From: Daphnia carinata
Taxonomy: Eukaryota
Assembly (NCBI RefSeq): GCF_022539665.2
Contig: NC_081331.1
Location: 6,510,001 to 6,574,000, forward strand
DNA: 64,000 bases
Direction: 5' to 3'
Shown: piece by piece, positions 54,339-64,000 of the stretch
Layout: each line of letters begins with the position of its first letter
Numbering within the stretch: the first letter of the stretch is position 1
The notes under the pieces: model-generated
Told to the model about the DNA's origin: nothing
What the model saw: only the letters and a program-made list of their open reading frames with translations
The model's database searches: none
Program-made: the position numbers and the translations under genes

Positions 54339-54964
54339 TTTGTCCCATCGCGGGGTTAGGTATTCCAACGCATTAATGAATTTTTTTTTCTATTCGATAG
54401 GGTTCAGAACCTTTTTCACCGCGTGTCGTGAAGGTGTGGTGAATAGCACTTGTATCACTGAACTGAATTTCAACTATCGCCGAGTGACTACGTTCATCTG
54501 CTATATCGTTTTAATGTATGAAATAAATGTATTGATAAAATCTACTGGTATTTGAAATAAAATTGCCGGAATTAAACACTTCGCGATATTAATTTTGTTT
54601 CATACTACAAAGGAAAAGATACCATAGTCGCTTAGAATTACTTGTTTGACCTGTGACAAAGCGGCAAGCATTCGTCTTAAACATGAAAAGCAGCTAGCCA
54701 AACGCAACATTCATATCTTCATTAGTGATGCCTAAAAGTAATTTATAATAGCGGTGGTCTTGTAGTAGAAAATTGATAAGTCATTAAAAACTAACTTGAA
54801 CCGAAAAATATTAACACATTTTGGCATAGTTAGAAACAATGATCAGCAACCTATTGTAGAAATTCTCCAGCATGGCCTGAGGTCGTAAACAAACCAGCAG
54901 ACGACAGGCTCAGTGGGAAATTCAACCGTGTTACAGTGCTTGACTTTCGAGGTCGAGATATAAA

Positions 54965-56945
54965 ATGTGTGGAATTCTGGTGTGTGTTACAAATGAAGTT
55001 GTGGACGATAAGAATATTAAGCAACAGAAGGTAAATTTAATGTGTTTAGTCTACTTTCAAATTCTTAGTCCGTATTCTTTTAAAGGTAAACAACGGTGAT
55101 AGAGATGTTCTTAAACGCCGAGGTCCAGATGCCAATAGTGAAATTGAGACATACTTCCCAACGTCTTGGAAAGCAATATTTTCAGGACATACCTTATGGT
55201 TACAAGGCAGTGCACCTGATGTACAACCTTTAATTGATTCAAGCGGAAATATCCTTCTGTGGAATGGTGATATATTCTATAACCAAATTGGAGGTGAATG
55301 TATTCCAAAAGGACTTTCAGATAGTGCATTTCTGCTTCAAAAACTAGAAAATGTTGAAACAGTGGAAGAAATTTGCAATGTTTTGGAGATGATAAATGGC
55401 CCTTGGTCTCTGGTTTATTACAAAAAGAATCTTAATAAAATACTTACAGGAAGAGACAGGTTTGTTCAAGAGCGCACTAATAAGAAATACTAAAACATGA
55501 AACCACTTGTACAACTTAGATTTGGACGTCATAGTTTACTTTGGAACTGCACTGCTGGAGATGGGGAAATCTTGAATTCCCTGTTGATCACATCATCATC
55601 TTCACTTGAATCTGCACAGAACTCAACATTGTGTGAAATACCAGCATCTCATTTGTTCCAAATTAGCTTTGGAAATACTACTCAAGTTAAAAAAATCTAT
55701 TCAAGGAAGCCATATGCGGTAAACAACAAACCCATATCTGAGCACACATTTTTTGATTGGGTTCCCCATTCCTTGGAAAACAAATCATCTGACCACATAA
55801 TAAGTGAATACTTGAACATTTGTCAAAAGGAGGTTGAAGGATTGGAAGCCATTCTTCTAGCTTCTATAAAATCACGAATCGAATGCCAGCCTATGCTTTG
55901 TAAAACGTGCGTGCCTCTGCATCTAAATGGAGCAAACGTTCAATGCACTCATTCCAAAGTAGCCATTCTATTCTCCGGTGGCTTAGACTCTAGTGTTCTT
56001 GCTGCACTCACCGATCGTGTTTGGTCAAAAAATGAATCTATTGATTTGTTAAATGTGGCCTTTCCATTACGCAACAAACAAAATCCTTCAGCAAACGAAT
56101 TCAATGTGCCCGACCGCTTAACCGGCCTGCAAGCACTAGAAGAGCTACGGACGCTGAACCCGTCACGGAAATGGAATTTTTGCGAAGTACCTTGACTCAG
56201 TTAAAACAATATAGCAATAATACATTTCATGTTTATTTTATGCTTAGATAAATGTGGAACTAGATGAATTATTGGATATGCGAAAATCCAAAATCGCGGC
56301 TCTCATCCATCCAGCGTCCACTGTTCTCGATGACAGTATTGGTTGTGCCCAATGGTTTGCTGCTCGTGGAGAGGGTTTTTTGACCGGTAGCTTAAATCGC
56401 GAAAAATATGTTTCTCCAGCAAGGGTACCTTCACATTTGTGTTCTTATATTAAACTACCGTCATACTGCAATTTGTTTATCTTTCTTGGCGTTGATTCTA
56501 GGTTGTTTTAATGGGTGCCGGAGCTGATGAACAAATGGCTGGCTATGCCCGACATCGCCAAAGATTCGCGAATGGAGGCTGGACATCACTCATTACCGAG
56601 GTAGAAATGGAAATGAACCGGATATCAGAGAGAAATCTGGGACGCGATAACCGCATATTAGCCGATCACGGTAGAGCTCCAAGATTGCCGTATCTAGATG
56701 AAATGGTTGTTGAATACCTAGCCCAATTGCCAATCTGGACGAAAGTCGATCTGAGATTGCCGATTGGATTAGGTGATAAAATAATCCTTCGAGCCCTTGC
56801 CTATCAGTTGGGATTGCCAAAAACTGCCATTGAACCCAAGAGAGCCATTCAGTTTGGATCAAGGATTGCAAAAACTGAAGCTCGAAAAGAAAAAGGCTCC
56901 CACAAATGTGATAGGTTAACAAAATCTCTTGAATTGGGCCAGTAA
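54965..56945 (+). CDS. ASNSD1: Asparagine synthetase domain-containing protein 1
   Basis: N-terminal MCGI, LKRRGPD, LLWNGDI, GPWS, GRDRFGRHSLL; synthase-like VAILFSGGLDS, VPDRLTG, GAGADEQMAGY, RNLGRDNR, KRAIQFGSRIAK. Confidence 0.93.
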
Positions 56946-57472
56946 AAAAAATACCCTTACTTCCTCAACAATACAGCCATATTATAAATGTTGTATTTTT
57001 TTCCAAATGTTTACAAATTAACCTTTAAAAGAAAAAGAAAAATATGAAGTGACTAAAATGTCTTGAAAAACATTTCGCGGGTTAAGTTTCCTTTTGTCAA
57101 TGAAACTAGATCCTGATTGGGTAGTTTACTAACCCTGCAGCACGGCTCGCGTAAACATGGGAGGGGAAGGACATATGAGAAAGAAAGAAATAAAAATCTG
57201 TTTCGGCAAGGTCGAATCAGGTGTTTTAGCAATCCCGACGTCAAAAGAGAGAGGGAGCGAACGTCAGTTGTGTGTATGGGTTCATTACTGATGGTCGCCA
57301 TTGTTCAACGTGCCTCTCTGGCTGAGAATAAATAACGTTATCCCGGATCCCTTCATTTGATACCGCCAGGTAGATTTCATTTTTTTTTTCATCCTAGGTT
57401 TTCATTCCGTTGTTCAAACTAACCAAACTCAATTACTAGATCGGTTTGTTTCAAATTTACTGCTGATTGAGA

Positions 57473-58217
57473 ATGTCGAATTCCTCTCCGAGAGCTTTGG
57501 CTACGGCCACAGTGGAACTAGTGCGTGATACGTCACGTCGTTTAAGTGCTGATTTGCGGGACATGAGTCGTGATTTTGGTAACGAGTTTCGTAACATGGG
57601 CCGAGAGATACGTGACATCCATCGAGAGATTGGCCAGCGTTTCCGTAGCTCGTCGTTACAAAGTGTTCCACGCATTGAGATACCACGCATAGGTTTGTCT
57701 ACGTTCGCTGACGGCCCACGCTATAGTACCATAGACGACGTGATGATTCCACAAGGTAAGTGACATCAACTGCTGTCAGTTCTTTGTGAAAAAAAGACAA
57801 CTCATTCGATTACTAGGTCAAGAATTAGATCGACTTTTAGATGACGACGAGGAGAGTATGTGGTCCAGTAACCCACAACTGTGCTACGAGGACGAGGGTG
57901 ATTTCCAGTCGTCTAACTCTAATAATCGCCTTTCCATTATTCGTTCGCCACGTACCGAAGAGATTCTCAAAAATGTTGAACAGGCTTTACGTAAAACCGA
58001 TCAAGTATCATTTGAAAATCTTGGTTTTTGAGATCGTACATTTGCTAAACATTTACTTCATTTCATTCAGGCATTACGTGATATGCTGGGAATTGAAGCA
58101 AAGAAAAGCACATCGGGTATGGTTACACCGAAAAACTGTACTAGAGAATTGCAAAAACGTATTTCTGCCCCACCGCCATCGCCGTCCAATTTCGGATTAT
58201 CTGCTCCAACAAAATAA
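57473..58217 (+). CDS. Uncharacterised protein (3 coding exons, ~200 aa)
   Basis: Open spliced frame 57473-57755, ~57818-58004, 58071-58217 with GT-AG introns and a downstream AATAAA. No family recognised. Confidence 0.65.
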
Positions 58218-58497
58218 CAAAGTGAACAAAAATTCGTGCATTTTATCGTCGTGTATTCCCAATTGATGAATCTAATTTATTTCGATTTCTATCTCGTTTT
58301 TTGTAAACTATATAAAATGTGCATTACATTTAGATTATACCTATATGAAAGTAAGTCGAAAGGACGCAAATAAAGCAGTGAAAACTATTTATTTTCGACG
58401 TGTCACTGATCGTGCTGTACGAAGTCCACACCTTGAGGTGTGATGCATAGACAACATATGTATTACAGTGAGGCCATAAGTAACACTTTTTTTTTTT

Positions 58498-61400
58498 TTA
58501 AGTTTGATGAAGGTTAGTTCCTCTTTCTTCTGCTTCGTTAAGAATCAGCATGGCTTCCATAAGCAGATTTCGAAGTGGTGGACCTTCGAACGAATTACGA
58601 TGTTGCAATTCAGGTTGAGTTTGGCTGCGAGACAATAACTTCCATTTGCTTTCTTTTTTCACGTTGGCCTTCGTCTCCGGTGTGCAAGGAAGAGAACTGC
58701 GACTATTTTTCTTTGATAGCTCTCTTGACGGATTTGGGTTCATATCATTAATGCTATCTGTTATATCGGAATCATTAAAACCGGAATCCATGCTGGAAGA
58801 CTTGGCGTTGATAAGTGATGGTCGAATAGCTTCATTAGTTTGCTTGGAGTTGTCGACTTGATCCTCGGTAGAACTCGGAGTAGATTGATTGAGTGGTTGT
58901 TGATATTGACCAAGTCTCATAACAGACAACTCCATCAAGGCGAATATCCCACGGCCAAGATCAGGTTTGAAGGCCGTTGCGATACCAGGGAGAGGCTGAC
59001 GCTTTACTTCATCCTTTACGTTTCCCATGGAACCCGTAAATTGTAAAGCGAAATCAAAGGCGGCCTAATTGAAATAAGAAAATTCTTGTCAATCTAAAGG
59101 GGTTTTTAAAAATTTAATTAGTAGTAGATACTTTGGATTTCAAAGCTATAAATGCGTTCCCGTGTTGACCATTGTATGAGAGCTGATGTCCCACAACTTT
59201 TCGCATCTCCATAGCTTGCGCAGCGAGTGCATGACTTGTTTCCTCCCATTTTTGCCTTAATTCTTTCGACTGCCAAGATAAAAATGAATTAAAATGTAGT
59301 GCCAAAGTGTTTGTTGCTGGAAGCAACGATTCGGATAAATAATGTTAACCTTGAGAGCCTTTGTGATGAAGGTAATGATTATGGCCCAATATGCGATACC
59401 TAGCGTGACCCAGATAATCCAACAAACACGGTAGAACCACAACAGCGGGAAATTCGTTTGCTGAGCTATTTACAATAAAATGTTTCGCAAATAGTAACAT
59501 GCAATTGAAACAAATGAAACAACTAGACACTGTGGTATGGCCCATTAAAAATGTTTCAGTTAAAAACGAAATGTTTTCGCATTCAATTTGCTATTGAGTT
59601 GAGCAGCATGCTTGTCAATTTGGAGATCACTCTCACCTGCAACAATATCTCCAAAGCCAATGGTTGTGAGCGTGACAAACGAAAAATATGTAGCATCCAG
59701 GTAAGACCAATCCTTTACAAGTAGAACAATATTAAAGCTAATAACAGTGGTAAGTGCATCCAAGGTTTGGTCGTTAAAAAGGGGTGTAAAGGAAATGCGG
59801 TAGGAGCATGAAAAATATTTACTAACTAAAGGGATTTACCTTACCTCGATGAAAACGAAAATCGCTGCGGGAATGAAAAGGAAGATAGCAAGTCCAGGAA
59901 GGAAAAATAAGATCGCTGCAATGAAGATGCTGAGTTGTTTATCTTTCTTAAATTTCTCCTGTTGTCGTTCGTACAGGTGCAGAAAGCCATTGCTGAAATA
60001 GTCGCTGGTCGAAGTGAGAAACACTCCGCATATCGGGATTCCAATGAGCCCGTAAAACATGCAGAAGATTTTACCCCAACTGGTTTTTGGACTAGATAAA
60101 CAAATCAAATTTCTCAACATCATTTACAACTGAGCGTCAAAATAAATCAAATGTTACATACCTGAAATTTCCGTAACCTGTGAAATTGCATAATCCAAAA
60201 TTTAATAAAAATATTATTCGTACGGTACACGTGTCTGTCATTGCCACTTACATTACAAAGTTATTGCACCTTTGTTCAAAAGAAATATGTAAAAAAAAAA
60301 ACAGCTTTGTTTTTGTTAAAGTATCCGTTACATTTTACGAACACGCTTTATAGGGTTAGTAATTCAGACATGTTTAAAATAATAGATTCCGGTGGACAGT
60401 CCGTACCACAGCCAGAGAATTCTAGTTGTTAGTATAAACGGGTTCGCGGATGTACAGCCTTTCTCAAACGAACGTTAAACAAAATGTGAAAGGTTTTCCT
60501 CGAACGTACGTTATTTCCTTAATAATCTGATACAGAAGGCAAACCGGCCAAACTTGGTATGAGTTACTGCAATCATGCAAGTCAATAGCAAACCAATATC
60601 AGATAGAATATTACATCAGCTGTCCTAAGTCACGGACAAATAAACTTTGCGAAATATTAGTTACTGTTAAATTTACCGACGGTGGTGAGGATTGTCATGC
60701 ACAAAAACAATGCGCTTGAAAATTCCCACGGATTGTCTCCATTCGCGCACTCATCGGTCTTGTTTAAAAATGTTAAAGTGTTGCACGATTCTTGCACAGC
60801 GGCCAACCACACTAACGAATCTTCTCGTTGCACGCTGTCACGCCTTTTCACGAGATTTTCAACTATGGAGGCATTTAAATTTATTTTTAAAATTCTATGA
60901 AAGACTGTCATCACCAAAGGTTTGTTTTTCTAAGAAAAGCTTTTACCTGAATTGACAAGATGCTGACAGAACGTGTCGTTTATCATGATTTCTATAAATA
61001 TCAACGAATACATTAGATAGAAATAAGCAGCAGGTTTTTTTTTCCTTCTCATTTTGTTAACATCGTGCATTAAAAAAGACATTCACAAAATGCCTTGCGG
61101 AAGCACTTATCGCCATATCCTTTGCGTGATAAATTCTCTACGCTATCTGTGGTTTGAAACCAAGGACACATTCCAAATCATCGCTTTTTCTTTATAACAA
61201 AAAAAAACTTAAGGAAACAGGACTAACTAATGTAGCGTTCAAAAGTTCCTTTACAAACAGTAAACTGAGCAGAGACAGTAAGCAAATCATTAGCTTTCTC
61301 AGCTGTGTTTGTCTTTCCTTTTCCATTTTAATTTGTATAAGATTTCGAAAGCATACGATTTGATTCTTCAAAATTATTCTCGCAAATTATACCCTGACTG

Positions 61401-61612
61401 TAGAGCCTTGGTCAAAACAAGATTATTCAACAAAACAAAACTAGAATAACCACTAGCAAAACGGAGAAAAAGAAGAAAATATTCAAATTGTTACGTTTAG
61501 GTAGCGATGAGAGATGATACGTTGGGCTTTCAAGATAATAAAAAACTAGTCCACCGCTTAGTAGGTAGAACCAGAACCCCAAATGGATAACCAACGAGCT
61601 TTTGCACCCCAT
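58498..61612 (-). CDS. Two-pore-domain (K2P) potassium channel, Ork1/KCNK-like
   Basis: M1 [15 protein letters not shown]1 [22 protein letters not shown]2 [15 protein letters not shown]2 [26 protein letters not shown]4 [16 protein letters not shown]. Confidence 0.92.
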
Positions 61613-64000
61613 ATCTTTCTCCTATATCTTTTCTCAACAAAATTCCAGGTCTGCACCGCGATGGAACTTCACTTGTTTGCACATAATCTACAGACAACTG
61701 CCAAATAGAGGCATCAGGTATATAGCGTTCGGACGCAGCCACACCTGTATAAAGCTTCTATGGCGAAAAGTGCTACTAGCTAAATAGGAAAACTAGTTTG
61801 GCTACTTGCCCACATGCGTTGCTGCATTACATTTTAAATGCCTTTTTCGTGAAAGCGACATAACTTGAATATGAACCAGGTCCCGCTAATAGAATTCCAT
61901 ATATGGAGAGAGAGCTTCTAGGCCAGACATTGTTTTTAAATGCGATTTTTATTTAGTCACATAATTAAGAAAGTAAGATTACTCGTCATCAATACGATAA
62001 TCAAATTTGTTTCTTCCATGCGTCTCGTTCAAACGAGTTACAATACCGTACATGCACCGTGTCCGTTTGGCATATTTAATTCATTAAACTGGTACGGTGA
62101 ATCAACATTGTGAAATGAGCGCAACAAGTAAAATGCAAATAAGAAAGCTGATTTGAAGTTTATATATACAGCTGGCTGTATAACGTTAAGCAACGTATTT
62201 TGGTGACTCCAGTTTATAAGCGCAAAATAGTTGGAAGAAAGGGCACATTACCACGAGACATTGGATTGTTATCAAAGATCTCTCTGGGGGAGGTCAAAGA
62301 GAAAGCAAGAAGCACTAAGTCTTTTTGTGGATATCGTATAAGAACGGAGTGCTAGATGTTTCATCCCTCCAAAAGAAGTCGATCGATTCTGCAGCTTACC
62401 CTCGTCCCCAAGAGTTAGTCGTGGATCTGACATCATTACGACAAGAACAACGATAGCCTATCAAGCGGATCGATTACAAAATGGGAGGATAACTCTTTTA
62501 AACTTTATCTTTAGGATTTCTGAAAACTAAGAATTTGTTTTAAAATACTAAGCTGACATCTTTCGACAGTAAAATTGCTGTATATTCATTGATTGGACTA
62601 GCACGGTTGTCTAACTCGAAAATGTCTAATTATTATCCCAATCCCTAACATGAATGATATACCCCCAATTTCTGCTTATTTCTTCCATAACTTTTTGTTT
62701 CTTTGATTTCACTTTAGCATCTAGTTCATTAGGACAATCGTATCACTCTGCACTCAAAGTATATCATTATAAATACTTGTTTCCACGCCATGATAATAGT
62801 GTCACGATCACGATAAGAGATATATACAGATTGCAAAACCAGTAAGCGAACTAGTTCTTACTAGTTTACCAGCCCTTTCCCGCAAATGATCTTAAATTTA
62901 AATTTTTATGCCAGCCACTAACCAAGTACTATAGGCTGCTAAATTTATTGCAGTCGTGAAACGTCCTTTCACAGCCGTCCCTGTGAAGAAAAAAAGTTGC
63001 GCGTAAAACTCCCGATGGTGCGATATCGAATAAAAATGCACACAAAGCAAAAGTCGGTGTGTGTGTATATCACGAAACAGCCTCACCTTTTTTTGGCATG
63101 TGCTGTTGTAAAGGAAAGCGATTGCGATGCAAAAGATCAGAGTGCCTCTTTCTAGCACATTATTTTCATTTATACTCTTCATTTGGAATAGAAAGGCTCT
63201 AATGGCGGCATGTAAGCATTGGTGGTTAATGTAATTACACGAGAAGTTCATCCGATTTCAAAGAGAAGGGTCCCTACGTACGTCAGCCGGTTTCACGGTG
63301 AATACTTATTAACAATTTTGTATACGCAGATGGTCGTTTGCAAGTCTGAATTGAAGGTCAAAAGTTATTTTAGCATTGTGGCAATGCAAATATAAAGCCG
63401 AGGAAAATGAATGCATCATTTGGAAATAGAAGCTTTGAAACTCTATACCGTCTATTTACTGAAGACCTATGTTAGGAACTATTAGAATGCATTAGCAAGT
63501 CTTTCCAAACGCGCTCTAGAAATTGGGTTTAACCCCAATTTGAAAAATGGGGGGAAAGGCTACGTTCGAGACCGTGGTCTACTGAACTGCTCTAAAAAAG
63601 AGATCTGTTATGAAACCCCCCTCATCTTAGGTTCTAAGCGATCACATCGCTTTCGCTAGGATTAAATTTCATATCACAAGAGCAGCCTGAAGTTCAGTAG
63701 TCCAATCATTTGTACCGGAATGAAACAAGCCACCGATTGATGTTCAGGGTATACAGATTACGCTTTTGTGTGCAAATGGTTACATGCTGATTGACAACCT
63801 GGATTTCAAATGACATGGAGATCTTGGCCCATTAAAATTGTTGAAACAAAAGAAGGGGAAAGAACATTGACATACAGGACAAAGTTCTTTTGTGCAACTG
63901 AATCCAACGACGCTTTTGTCAATGCTAGCTTTCAATTCAGCTATTCGTACCGATTGACATACATGTCACCAATGATGCTGATTAAATGCTATATAGAAAT

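Larger units (their letters stand above)
51490..54545 (+). ncRNA. Non-coding multi-exon snoRNA host gene (UHG/GAS5-like)
   Basis: About 11-12 short exons with GT-AG introns and no continuous ORF. Most introns are 150-250 nt and carry one snoRNA-like element. AATAAA at ~54522. The 5' end is approximate. Confidence 0.85.

Noticed and set aside
54872..54880. ASDURF-like uORF upstream of ASNSD1
   Set aside because: Only a 2-codon ATG GCC TGA is visible; no prefoldin-like ORF.
62654..64000. Signal-peptide-like ORF and other short ORFs at the right end
   Set aside because: Could not build a continuous spliced frame or recognise homology.

Overview
Compact, intron-rich eukaryotic DNA (most introns ~55-80 nt; gene content and layout suggest a branchiopod crustacean such as Daphnia, by inference). 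Left to right: 5' part of a winged-eye/BAHCC1-TNRC18-like gene (-); a small Maf gene (-) missed by the ORF track; a full-length intact I-group LINE with a 14-bp target-site duplication (+); FAM8A1-like (-); cytoplasmic dynein-2 heavy chain (-, ~20 kb) with an RFX X-box promoter and a cuticle-protein gene nested antisense in an intron; ariadne-1 (+); GTPBP1 (+); an apparently bicistronic MED9/NCBP2AS2 unit (-); histone H3.3 (+, GC-AG intron); a non-coding multi-exon snoRNA host gene with about one snoRNA per intron (+); ASNSD1 (+); an unknown protein (+); and a K2P potassium channel (-). The most notable observations are the snoRNA host gene (one guide points to a possibly unreported 18S methylation site), the MED9-NCBP2AS2 dicistron, and a dynein-2 heavy chain that appears to lack its N-terminal ~180 residues. 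All family assignments come from recalled motifs, not database searches.
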